From Bugula neritina (taxonomy: Eukaryota; Animalia; Bryozoa): a stretch of 64,000 nt of DNA. The notes under the pieces were generated by a model, which did no database searches, was not told the origin of the DNA, and worked only from the letters and a program-made list of their open reading frames with translations. Of this stretch, positions 9,522-21,165 are shown one piece after another. A program made the translations under genes and the position numbers. Every line of letters starts with the position of its first letter. Positions within the stretch are counted from its first letter, which is position 1. The DNA is taken from assembly GCA_964035545.1 (NCBI GenBank), contig OZ037773.1, positions 151,551 to 215,550 on the forward strand, written 5' to 3'.

Positions 9522-10729
9522 GTATTTCTTTTAACTCTGTAGTGTTTATCACTCCGAAGCTAATCTGGTAATTAGTAATTTTAGTCAACATTTAGAAGCT
9601 CGCCTTTTCAGCATTTATGCCTACTTGGCAGACAATTTTACAATCTTTTAAAGAGACAAACAGGCTAGCAGAGAAACTAGTGAACAGACAGACTCTCAGA
9701 GGAACTAATGTAATTGGTTGATGCTCTATTATGTGTTTGTATCCAGTAATTTGTTTGTTGATGTAATGGTAAGTGCAATAAGACTTGCTCTGACACAGTC
9801 TGAGAGTAATGAGATTGGTTACAGGAGTTGCACCATGTGACAATGAACTAGAAGAAGCAGATTCGCGTGCGCTGTTGATGCACTATGCCGGGATGAGTGT
9901 AATGTGCAGACAAGCTATCATGGCCGTGGCCAGGTGAGCCTAGAATGCACAAAGTTGCAGGTTTTACCTATAAACAATCATACAGATCGCTTTGTTCTAA
10001 CTTCAACTGCACTTGAAGCAATATGCACTGAGTTATACTACTTCATAGACGTTCAACCCTGTTTTATGATAGGTTTTTTCTCAATAAGGTGGCATTTGGT
10101 AAAATATCTATCCGTTTGAATCTTTTGTTAAGCTAAGGTATCATCTTCTACAATTATGTTTTCTAAGTCCAACTTTTAGAAGTTGTTTTTCCTAGATTAT
10201 GCTGTCTCCCATTATACAAAAAATGAACAACTTCAGTCTGTTAGTTATTTTCATTTAATTTTTGACTGTTTAGTTTTTTAATTGTCTATGGGCTCGAGAA
10301 AACCTCTGCTATATCATGTGATATATCATGTCATATACTATATTATAGTGTATTATAGGATACACACTGCATGTGAAACATGCTTTTTCTGTTGCGTAGA
10401 TATGCTGTAGACAAAGGTATAGTAAAGAGGGTATATTATCCTAGTGGTACTTCAGTAAACATCCATTGTCTCTGTGGACTGGTTAAAACTACAGTACTAA
10501 CAGATAATAGTTTTACGTTCATATCAGTGCCCTCATTTGTTGCAATCAGTGGACTAGATCTCTGGCTACCCTGTGGTCGCCAGGCCAAGGTTAGATCATT
10601 ACTTTCATTGCATCATCATGATGTGTTCGTTTACCACAATTTTAATTTTCAGGTCGAGATTAGGATCAGTAGATATACACAGAGGAGGAGATAACTTAAG
10701 ACTCTATAATATATAGTTGCAGTTAGACC

Positions 10730-11983
10730 TTTATGAGCCACTGGAAAGTTGTCGGGGCGGACATAAGCCTGAATGGCAGTACTTTTCATTTCCAGAGCCC
10801 ATCGCGGGTAATAAATGCTGCTTTGTCCTGGGCATCAAAACTGATGGGCACCTCCCAGTACCCGCTCAGCAGATCCAAAGTACTAAAGTACTTGCTACTC
10901 GCGAGGGCATCCAGAGACTCATCTATTCGTGGGAAAGGGCAGGCGTTATAAATGAGAACACTGTTGAGTTTGCGGTAGTTCACACAGAACTTCCAGTTAT
11001 CATCCTTCTTCTTGACCAGGACTACTGGAGAGCTCCATGCACCGTGAGCAGGCTCAATCAGGTTCCAGTCGAAAAGATTTTGTACCTGTCGGCTCACCTC
11101 GTTCTCCGGGTCTAAACCCCGGGTTGGCTGCCTGATGCGAGCGGTGCCGGCTGCCAGGAGTATCTCATGCGAGATAACCTTAGTCAGCCCCATATCTCCA
11201 TCGCCTCGATTGAAAACATCACTGTACTCCATGAGTAGTTGAGCCAGTACTTGGCCTTCAGTACTGCTCGTACAGTTGCCACATGCTCCACCATACAGGT
11301 CAGCCAAGTGCTCTGGGACTGCTCCTCGACTGGCACAAGGGGGGTTTTCCTGGGTGTCAGCCACTGTCTCAGTGCCGCCCCCACATCCGCTTCTTGAATG
11401 GGGTGGTACTTCCCCACCAGCGCTCCAGCCGATAATCAGACACGTTTCGTGAAGAGGTTGATACACTGCACGAGGAGCTCTCTCTGACAGCCTAGTCGAT
11501 TCAGGCTGTTTGCCAGTCGGATTGCTCCGTGCGTTCCCTCCACCACTCCCAGACTTGAGATCTCCTCGCAGTTGACCCTGCAGCAAAGAGTAGCCTAAGA
11601 TCTTCCCAAAACCGTGCAGTCCTGCACTACTTAGACTCCGAAGGCCTGCCAAACTCTTCAACACAGACAAGTTCCCTCCTAGCCATCACCACCGCCGACT
11701 TTTGGAAACCCATGTGACACTGGTGTTTCTCCAGAAATGGCATCCCAGGATGGCGTCCTCCTCCAGCTGGCTGACTATGAACGTCCCTTGAATCACCTGA
11801 TCAGGGACACGTTCAGGTAGTGTGATGATGCTGTAGAAAAGAATACATGATTCGTTCACCAACGTACCATGTGCACCTTTGTACAGCTCTAGGCTCGCTC
11901 TTGGGCACCAAGAGTGTCATAGAGACGCCTACTCAGCAGGTTTGTAGTGCACCCAGTATCCAGTAGGAATGTGGCAGCTTTAC
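10730..11983 (-). pseudogene. Degenerate Gypsy pol fragment (protease plus N-terminal half of RT), related to copies A/B
   Basis: FLLDTGCTTNLL (~11930-11970) and LEEDAILGMPFL (~11735-11765); RT motifs WSSPVVLVKKKD, FCVNYRKLN, FSTLDLLSGYW, LPFRL.SAP.TFQ; frameshifts present. Confidence 0.85.
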
Positions 11984-12674
11984 TTAGTTAATCTCTGGGG
12001 GAGACACAACCTTCGTCTACACAGCGGGCCTCCTCTTCGTCTTAGAGACAACCGGGTAAGCTAAATCTTCCTTCACAACTTCCTTGGGCAACCTCGCGAA
12101 TTGGTTGGGAGTGGCAAGGCCGGAGGATTGGATAGACCTTTACAGTCTCCGAGGTCTCCGAGTTTTGGGGTAGAATGAAAATAAGTGGGGAGCATAACTT
12201 CAATATAGTAAAAACAAGAGGTGTTGTAGTCTCCAAGAGTATAAATCTTTATTGCGTAGTGGATGCTTTAATAGGTAGTTCGTATCAGGCGAGCTCCAAT
12301 AGCAGACTGAATCTACACTGTGAGGTCGCCTTTTTTTATAGAAAAAAAGTTAGAGTAACGATTTACAGAGCAAAAAAAAAGTATACAGAGAAGAATGAAT
12401 AATTCAATACCCAGGCCAAGAGTTTAGCTATAATAATAATCTTTGAAGGCATTCATAAAAGCTACACAGAGAATACTATTATAAAAATGATGCAATAGTT
12501 ATTGTATTCTTACTTACTTGACTTACTTGACTTACTTGAAGATGCAATCACGTTAGACCACTATATTAGTGTAAGCGACGTGCCTCGTTTGGTGAACAGA
12601 ATTATTAAATGTAGTTAATACTTTTATCGCATAAGTGCAGTTCTGATTTAAGACTTTGGTGCCAGTACAGGGCC

Positions 12675-15482
12675 TTATGAGTCCTGTCTGTGAGCAGCAT
12701 TTGATGTTATTTTCATATCACGTATTGTTCTGGGTAGGAAGCTGGCATGAAATAGTGAGGTGTTAGTTCTAAAAGTGGTGGGCATGCCATTTGACTGGGA
12801 CCTGGTGGTAACTGATGTAGTGGGCTGATCGATGAGGTGTTCATACGACTTTGAGAGTGAAGGATGATATTCCTCTTTGGCCAGGATCCGCATCAAGAGA
12901 CTAAATCGTAGGTCTTTGCGCCTGTTTTGCAGGGGGGTTAATCCAAGCCTAGATCTTGCCTCATCTGAGCCAACCCTGCCTTTAATACCTGCCACAAATC
13001 TCACAGCCTGCTCTTGCACTTGCTCAATATCTACTACAGCCTTCTTGGAGCTCGGGTCCCACACAGCAGCAGCATATTCTAGGTGAGGACGACACAGGGC
13101 TTTGTATGCTATTAACTTCGCCTTTTCTGGTGCCCAATACAGTGCCCTTTTAATCATCTCGAGTTGTCGTTTTGCTGTGAGTAATTTCTGCTGGATATGC
13201 ATGTCGAACTTCAGGTCTGATTGTATTGTGACACCAAGATACAACGCGTGGTCAACAACTGCGAGAGTCTGGCCTCCAAGTGAATAGTTATGTGTGAATT
13301 TTTTGTTACTAAAGATGATGTTCTTGCTTTGTTTCACATTGAAAGACATACCCATCCTACATGCCCAGGAGTCCAAAGAGTTCAGGTTGTGCTGAAAACG
13401 GGCTGTGTCCTGCTGGCTTGTGATGGTCTGGTACATTAAGGTGTCGTCTGCAAATAGGGCGACTGGGCAATCTACCTCGTTTGGAAGGTCATTGATAAAT
13501 ATCAGGAAAAGCACAGGCCCGAGAACTGATCCCTGAGGTACCCCTGACGAAACTGGGAGACTGCTTGACACCTTACCATTAAGTATCACCCGCTGGGACC
13601 TATCAGTAAGGAAGTTATGTATCCAGTGGAGTATATGTGTGTCAATTGTTCCGATCCTGGAGATTTTTTCCATTAGAAGTGCATGCGGCACCTTGTCAAA
13701 GGCTTTTGTGAAGTCAAGCACCGCAGCATGAGTGCTCAAGCCTTTATCTGCCACACTGAGAATATCATGCATGGTGGCACAGAGTTGTGTCTCACATGAT
13801 AGCCCTTTTCTAAAGCCGTGCTGTCTGCTGTGGAGGAAACCATCTATTTTCTCTAGTAAAATACCAAGAACAATGTGCTCTAGTAGCTTACATGGAATGC
13901 TAGTTAGGGAGATTGGCCTATAGTTATTGGCAGAGCTCCTGTCACCACTCTTGAAGATAGGGGTGACATTGGCAGATTTCCAACTGTCAGGGAGTTCACC
14001 ATGCTGTAGGGACTTGTTATAGATCTGGGTCAGGCATTCTGCAGTCAGATGTGTATCAATTGTAAGGTCAGCTTTACGTAGTTGGTCTGGCCCTGGAGCT
14101 TTCCCATTTTTAAGGCCTGCCAGTAGCTTCTTCACTCCCTCGATTTCAATATGGGTGGTGGGTTCATTAGCATGTGTCTTTGGTAGCTTTTGAAGCTGGT
14201 GTCCACTGTTGAATTGCTTGTGAAAGTGGTTATTTAGGATATCTGCACACTCCACGGCATCATCTGTGGACGAGTTGTTTGGCTTGGTTAGACGAATGAG
14301 CTGTTTACTAGTTCGCGTACCCTTTAGGTGTTTGTAAAATGGTCTGCAGTTGCCTTCAGCCAGAGGTTTGCATATGCGTGACTCCAAATATGCCTTCTTG
14401 TGCTGTCGCATATTTTTCTTTGCCTGCTTTCTGTACTGCGCATATAACTTATGATCAAAAGGGTCACCTGTCTTTTTAAATCTGTTATATAGGGAACGCT
14501 GCTTTTTAACCATTTTCCGGCTATCCTGGTTAAACCACATTGGTTCAGCATCGTTTGGTGATCTCCGAGTTTTCTTGGGAACATACTTATTAACTGCTTC
14601 CCGTAGACCTGCTGTGAAAAACTCCCACATTGCATTGACATCATCTAAATCTGAGAGTTTATGTTTGATTTCCTGCAGAGTGTGCTGAAAGCTGCCAAGG
14701 TCAACCTCATTGTACGCTTTAAATGTGTATTTTGACCTGTTCTTGTTTGCACGAGAGGAAATGTTGGCTGTCAAAATGAAGTGGTCACTTAGCCCAGGGC
14801 GAATAACATTGGCATCTACTACTTGGTTTGGTCTGTTGGAGCATATTAGGTCTAGAGTGTTACCATGTATATGGGTCGGCCCAGTAATAAGTTGGTCAAG
14901 GTTATGTTGTGCTAGTATTGACAAGAATTCCAAATTAGGTGTTTTGTTATGAGACAGTGGTTTTACTCTGGGGCCAGTCCAGTCAATACCTGGCATGTTC
15001 ATATCACCAATTAGTAGCAGGTGATCATTTGGATATTTTATTGTAACTTCCTCCAAGACTCCATGCAGTGGGCCAAGATCCCTGGCAGTTGGGGGTCTGT
15101 AGTAGCATCCTATAAGCAGGGACTGATAAATACGGATGAAGATGATCTCAATGTTACTTGCATTGTTGCAAGAAACCTGTTCCACAGAAATCACATCATT
15201 GATGGCCAACAAAACCCCACCCCCATGTACATCTCGGTCTTTCCTAAAAATGATTTTGTTTTGGTAATCAAAGATTTGATGGTCAAAGATTGTATGGTCC
15301 AGGTGAGTTTCAGTCAGACAGATGATGTCGTAATCATGGGTATCAGCAGAGAGCTCTTCAGTTTTACCTTTGGCTGACCTTATGTTCGTGGCAAATATTT
15401 TTAAACTGTCATTAAGTTGGAATTCTGTGGAGTTGGGCTGTGCTGGTTGTTTGAGTGGAGACCTATGCTCACTTCCCTCCAT
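12675..15482 (-). CDS. LINE ORF2: AP endonuclease plus reverse transcriptase
   Basis: 935-aa open frame; NIRS, LTETHL, GDMN and SDH APE motifs; GVPQGSVLGP and FADD RT motifs. Confidence 0.95.
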   Translation of the reverse strand: MEGSEHRSPLKQPAQPNSTEFQLNDSLKIFATNIRSAKGKTEELSADTHDYDIICLTETHLDHTIFDHQIFDYQNKIIFRKDRDVHGGGVLLAINDVISVEQVSCNNASNIEIIFIRIYQSLLIGCYYRPPTARDLGPLHGVLEEVTIKYPNDHLLLIGDMNMPGIDWTGPRVKPLSHNKTPNLEFLSILAQHNLDQLITGPTHIHGNTLDLICSNRPNQVVDANVIRPGLSDHFILTANISSRANKNRSKYTFKAYNEVDLGSFQHTLQEIKHKLSDLDDVNAMWEFFTAGLREAVNKYVPKKTRRSPNDAEPMWFNQDSRKMVKKQRSLYNRFKKTGDPFDHKLYAQYRKQAKKNMRQHKKAYLESRICKPLAEGNCRPFYKHLKGTRTSKQLIRLTKPNNSSTDDAVECADILNNHFHKQFNSGHQLQKLPKTHANEPTTHIEIEGVKKLLAGLKNGKAPGPDQLRKADLTIDTHLTAECLTQIYNKSLQHGELPDSWKSANVTPIFKSGDRSSANNYRPISLTSIPCKLLEHIVLGILLEKIDGFLHSRQHGFRKGLSCETQLCATMHDILSVADKGLSTHAAVLDFTKAFDKVPHALLMEKISRIGTIDTHILHWIHNFLTDRSQRVILNGKVSSSLPVSSGVPQGSVLGPVLFLIFINDLPNEVDCPVALFADDTLMYQTITSQQDTARFQHNLNSLDSWACRMGMSFNVKQSKNIIFSNKKFTHNYSLGGQTLAVVDHALYLGVTIQSDLKFDMHIQQKLLTAKRQLEMIKRALYWAPEKAKLIAYKALCRPHLEYAAAVWDPSSKKAVVDIEQVQEQAVRFVAGIKGRVGSDEARSRLGLTPLQNRRKDLRFSLLMRILAKEEYHPSLSKSYEHLIDQPTTSVTTRSQSNGMPTTFRTNTSLFHASFLPRTIRDMKITSNAAHRQDS

Positions 15483-16006
15483 TCCCCCGAGACAGGATCT
15501 TTCTTTTGTATTTTCAGACTTCTTATCCTGTATTCTCCATCAGTATCAGGGCTATGCTTTAGATCTCTAATTCGCTGACGTAATGCATATTGTTCTTCTC
15601 TTTTTTCCTTACTTTCATCTGGCTTGACAAACACATTGAACGATCTTAGAGAGGCATTCGCTCTTTTAATGAATTCCCACTTACTTGCCTCGCTGGTAAA
15701 TTCCACTTTGATAGGTCGGGGTCTGTTTGGATCTACAGGTCCACTTGTTCGAAGTCTTATAGCACTTTTTGGTTGCCGATCAGGTTGGGCATCGCTGTGT
15801 TGGAAGCAGTAGTTTTTCATTAGGTCTTTTACTTGATTCAGTGCAGTCATTTCTTCTTTTTCCTCAATCCCATAGACAATAGCATTGTTTTTCCTTGCTT
15901 CGTGCTGATTTGTTTCGAGGTGTTTCTGGAGAATGGCCTGAGCACTCCTGTTAATCTCTTGTGTTTTTCGCATACCCTCATCATTGGTTTTAACAGCTTC
16001 TGCATA
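15401..16006 (-). pseudogene. LINE ORF1, C-terminal part
   Basis: YAEAVK...RKNNAIVYGIEE...RPRPIKVEF...FVKPDESKEKREE, typical CR1-group ORF1. Confidence 0.8.
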
Positions 16007-18583
16007 CACAGTTGGTTTAAGGTCATACTTTTCATTTTCTGGCTCTTTGCCAGGTGCTTTATGTTCTATATGAACAATGTTCCACTGATAGCTCGAACAG
16101 GTTGAATGTCACAAGAACAAAAAAAATATGAAAAGATAAAGAAACTTATGTTCTCCAATATACTTTTTTATTTTTTTCAAAAGCCAATTCATGTTTAAGT
16201 TATAGCGTGTTGAAAAATATAGTCCCCCTTCCACATTCTTTTTAATTTATACGCTCCTGACTTGTTATTGTGTCTCAATATGCCTTGTATTTGAGTGCTC
16301 GTTAGTCTCGCTTCACTAACTTTGCCTATACTTCACAAGTGCCAGTGCTGCTGGCTCAAAAGCTAAATGTTATAAACTGTCAGCTAAAACCCAATCTTGT
16401 ATTCCTAGGTTGGTTGGCCTAAATAAAACGATAATCAAATCATGATTTCATGTTTTAAAAATTTACTCTATTCTAACCTGCTGCCTAGCTAGTTCTATTT
16501 TTGATGTATAATTACAGAATTTGTGAAACATTTTTTCGGCAACCATCCTAGTTATAAAATGCAGTAATGGTACTTATAATATTATATTATTATCATTATA
16601 ATATATTATATTATAGTATTATGTGTGTTTTTATTATACTGCATAATATATATTTTATTATTGTTGTTGTGCAAACAAGTGCAATTAACCTAGTTTTCAA
16701 AATTTACCTCTAAATTATCAGAATATCAGTTTAGATATTTTCATGCTTTGTTAGGTAAACCTAAAAAAAGAGGCTGTATTCCCAAAGTAAAGGGTGTTGA
16801 ACTATGAACTATATTAGATTAGCCACATTTGCTACCAAGTGCATCAGTATAATATTATATGAATAGCTCTGATGCTTTGTCTCCGGTGGCTGGCTGCGAT
16901 ATGATAACTTGGCCAACTTCCAAGAGTTTAAAATTGGCGCAATTATTCAAGAGGTTACATACTGCACAGAGCTAGCAGTGATAGTAACCTTGCTATTGAC
17001 AGTACTTATTACAACTGCCAGCATATAAGCTGCATTGTAGAATGCCGTTGGGGTAGGCTAGTGAAATTAAATTCTGCTCTCTAATATACCTTAGACACAA
17101 TGCAGCAACATAATTTTTAGTTTCAAATTACATTGCCACCCTTACATGAGCTGTGGGCTTCATAAAGATTCATATGATTAGAGATTTATGCTATAGGCCC
17201 TACCTGTGCTAGTGCATGATGAAAATAACACACCATTGTCAAAGTTAACTTCAAGTATGTTGTTTTCCAGAAACTCAGTATTGTTGATTTATCTCTCGCA
17301 TACAAATACTCATGTAATACCATACAGTTTAAGTTTTATTTTAGAGCACATCGGCAAACTCTACAATAAGACCTTGCTTTATTAGTCTATTTCAGACCTG
17401 TTTTTGTAGCTAGTAATACGCAAGCTACTTATTTTTAAACTGTTGGGTTATTTGTTCAAAACCATTAGCTTTGCTAGTAACCAGAGGCTATTGCAACAGT
17501 TCACTGCTAATCAACATGAATTGACAGCCTAATAATTATAACCCATTTGCGCGCGAAATATTTATGTACTCATAGTTACTCATATAGTTGGCAATTTATT
17601 AACGATGACTGCGTGGTCCAGAGGTTATAGGCGGCGGCGAGAAGTTGGTTGGTCATGGTTCAATCCCAGTATGTTGCAATTTTTTTTGTCAACTTATGCA
17701 AATCCTATGCATGTATAATAAATATGGCTATAATTTTAAAGGTTTTTTAACTTTTGTTCAACAGTAAGACAACATACATGCATAATACTTAGCTACTGAA
17801 CACTGGGCTAAACTTTAAATTGATCTTATAGAATACAATGTACTTGAAATAATCATATGTGAATTAGAGAAACTGGAAGTACACCTGCTGCAATATAGAC
17901 AGACCTTTACTGACAAGACTGCAAAGTGAAGTGATTTAGCTGAAATTAACTCTGCCAAACAAACAAAGAATTATGTTGTGCTGAGGCATTGTCAATAGAT
18001 TGTAACATAATGAGATGATTCAGCTAAGTGCTAATGTAAAACAGGGAACATTATATTGGCAGAAATCCAATAGATTGCCAATTTGTGCGAGAGGGTACTA
18101 TATGTTATTGTGATAGCGCGCAGAGCAGCAAACGTACTAGGGATGTTATAATTAGTCACAGGAGCGTAGCTAGAACCACCATATGAAGAATTTAGAAAAT
18201 TGCAGTGAAACTTGCATAATGGTGTATGTTTTTACCAAATTGTGAAGAGCATAAACAGAATTTTAAAAAACAAAGAAAGTATATTAGAGAAAACATATCA
18301 AGGAATGTCAAGTTTAACTTTTAGACTTTATAAAATAAATCCCCTGTGCTACAGCAGTGGAACATGGAGGGTGTAAAATTTTACTTATTATGCAACAACT
18401 TTCTCAGAAAATTTTTTATTGAAAAATTAAAAAAGTATATGAAAGAGGAATGCAAGAGCTATCTTTTCATGTAAAATTTATTAATGTGAGACAAAAACTG
18501 TTCGAGCTATCCCCTGGAAACCATTTATATATAACATAAAGCAGTGCTTGAATCTGGAAAGTAATGACCTTAAACTAACTGTG
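16007..18583. mobile_element. Non-autonomous TIR DNA transposon (2577 bp), TA target duplication
   Basis: TIR CACAGTTGGTTTAAGGTCAT.ACTTT at both ends with imperfect inverted similarity for >130 bp; TA at 16005-16006 and 18584-18585; removal restores LEKSYAEAVK in ORF1. Confidence 0.88.
17607..17687 (+). other. tRNA-like pol III promoter module inside the DNA transposon
   Basis: A-box-like TGGTCCAGAGG 17614-17624, B-box GGTTCAATCCC 17657-17667, T-run at ~17680-17687. Confidence 0.4.
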
Positions 18584-19011
18584 TAAGACTTTTCTAACTT
18601 TTCCATCCTCATCTCAAGGCTATTATTGGCGGTAGTCATGTTTTTGATCAGACTTTCAATATTTGACAACTTCTCTGATGCGGCTGTGTTAACAGCAATC
18701 ACTGCTAGACTCCCTAAAGAAGCATCCTCATTTCCTATGGAAGCTGATTCAATTTGGGGACAGCATGTGTTACAAAACCATTAATTGATACCTTTTTTGT
18801 CGTTTTTGTCAAGAAAGCTTACATCAGCATTCTGAAGATCTTGACACATTCCATGGTACCATTCATGACAGAGGTCACAGTTCACCCATCTAGTATTTAT
18901 TTTGTGCTGCTTTCCCTTTGAGTTCCTACCACTCATGTAGCAATCAGCCTCCTTGCAGGTCTTACAAGGCGTTTCAGCTGGCTTGTCAGTCTCATCATCA
19001 AGAGCAGGCAT
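18584..19011 (-). pseudogene. LINE ORF1, N-terminal part (PHD finger plus coiled coil)
   Basis: MPALDDE...CKTC...WVNCDLCHEWYHGMC...WFCNTC; one in-frame TAA at 18781-18783. Confidence 0.8.
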
Positions 19012-20469
19012 GCTTTTTCTTTTTTGCAATCCAAGTTTGAATTTATGCTGTGCTTATAATAGCATTAGCCCACACCCAAGGAGGCAAAGAAAGCGTGGCT
19101 TTTATGCAACTACAGTAAGGTTTGCTAGTCGTATCGTGTGAATGTTACCGTGCGCTATTAACACATTCTAGAACTATTCACTCTTAAAATCTATTACAAG
19201 ATAGTCTATTTATTTTCCTTTTGGCCTATCAATGTGCATCTGATATCCATAAATTTCCACACCACGCTTTTATATATTGCTAGGCGTTCACTTTAATTTG
19301 TCTTTAGTCACAAAGTTTTGCCTAATTACAGTTGTAATTTGCCATAGAAATCATTTTATTATGGCCTATAAAAGATATACAGGTATTGTATAGATTCTAT
19401 TTCTTTATCTATATAAAAAGTTTTTAGGGAGTCATTAGCTCTTGTATAATCTATTAGACTGATTTAGCGATTTTGAGGGATCGCATTTTAGCTGCATTAT
19501 TTACTGACCAATCTTCGCTGAAAAAGCCGATATTTAGCGTGAAAATATTATTATTATGTGGAAAAGATATGGGATAGCTCGTTTTAGCTGCAACTAGTAC
19601 TATCCTGACGCGCTAGGAAGTAAATACGGGCATTAAACAAATCTACTGCCTGGCTATCTGCTTATGATGGGCGTTAGTGACTATATTTTAATTTTGTTGT
19701 CGATTGGTGTGTTGCACTAGTATAGTAGTACGTAGAAGCTGTCATAAAATATGTAAACGTATACAAATTTATTACTAATTTAAATTTGAATATGGGTTTA
19801 AATTAAAATATTTTCATCAAATTCAATTTCAAGGACAAATGACATTTTCATTTTGATTTAAATTTAATAATAATATTAATTGATTTTCATTTTCTTTTTG
19901 AATTTGACATTTAAATTTCAGTCATTATCACATTGAAGTTGATATTTATATTTATTATCCATCACGATTTTAATTATCATTATGATTATCATTTGTGATT
20001 TGTCTGATTTGAATAGTAATGAATCATAATATAAATAACTGATTACAATTACTCATTATGATTACTGATCAAACAGCAAATGCTGTAAGTGTAACAAGTA
20101 CTACTACAAGTGCTAACCCTGGTCTAATAGTAATACAAGATGTCACTAGAGGCTTTCCTCGCTATAGGCGTTTCAGTTGCTGCGGAAGTCCTACCTCAAC
20201 GGCTCAACTGAGATAATAATAAGCTGTAGTAATGATCATGATGCTATATTTTTTGTTATCATTGTGATTAACTAAGTGATTATCATTAATGACCATGATT
20301 AAAATATTCATTGTGATAATAATATTGATTGTGATAATTATAATAAACACAATCACAATTCCAGTGATAGTGCTAATAGTTGTTGACTTATACTTCTAGT
20401 TATTCATATTGATATTCAATTTCATATTCCTATCGAAATTACAAACCTCTGTACAAGCTATGTGAAGTA

Positions 20470-21165
20470 AAGATGAATTAGGTAGACTCAGCGACATACT
20501 TTGGAATTGTAGCGCAGTCAAACCTTAAATTTTATCAGTATATTACACTTAAAAAGGATAAGGCCTCAAAAATTCTGGAAGCAATTAAACATGTTCTACA
20601 TGATGCCCCAGAGAAGGTAAGCTACTGGCCTACACTAGTCTGTGCCGTCCCATTTTCAAGTACGTAGATACCGCATGATATCCAACAGTAGCTAAAGATA
20701 TTGAGTTCATGGAAATGTTACAGCACAAGGCAGTGAGCTTTATTGCTGGATTAAAGGGACGAGAAAGTGTCACCGAGGCATGTTCTTAGCTTGGCCTTCA
20801 GTCTCTCAAACAGAAACGCTGGACTCACCGACTGAATCTCCTCTTGAAAATACTGCTAGAAGAAGAACAACACTCAATATTGGCAATGGCATACAATGAA
20901 ATCACAAGAGATCGCCATAGTATGACAACCACTAGGTCAGCTGCCCGCGGTGAACTAACATTCATTTATGCAAACTCACAAGTATACCATGGTAGCTTCT
21001 TACCAAGAATCATTAGAGACACCAGAGGGTCCATATAAAAGAATTTACACAATTACCAACAATTAGCCCACACTGTAAAACAAATGAGGCGCTTTTATAA
21101 TCTGTATTGTTTCCAAGTGTTTTATGTCATTAAAGGTATTCAAAGGTAATAAAAAAAATGGTAAG
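20470..21165 (+). mobile_element. 5'-truncated, degenerate CR1-type LINE 3' fragment
   Basis: AYTSLCRPI, KAVSFIAGLKGR and SFLPRIIRD match the C-terminus of the ORF2 at 12675; stops present; boundaries approximate. Confidence 0.8.

Larger units (their letters stand above)
12509..19140 (-). mobile_element. Full-length CR1/L2-group LINE with ORF1 interrupted by a DNA transposon
   Basis: PHD-finger ORF1, APE-RT ORF2, 3' tail of (TCAAGTAAG)n at 12509-12539; 5' boundary approximate. Confidence 0.88.

Noticed and set aside
2153-9526. One giant element with inverted LTRs (DIRS-like or TIR transposon)
   Set aside because: No TSD and no tyrosine recombinase; each half has its own PBS and the LTR subtypes differ, so these are two Gypsy copies
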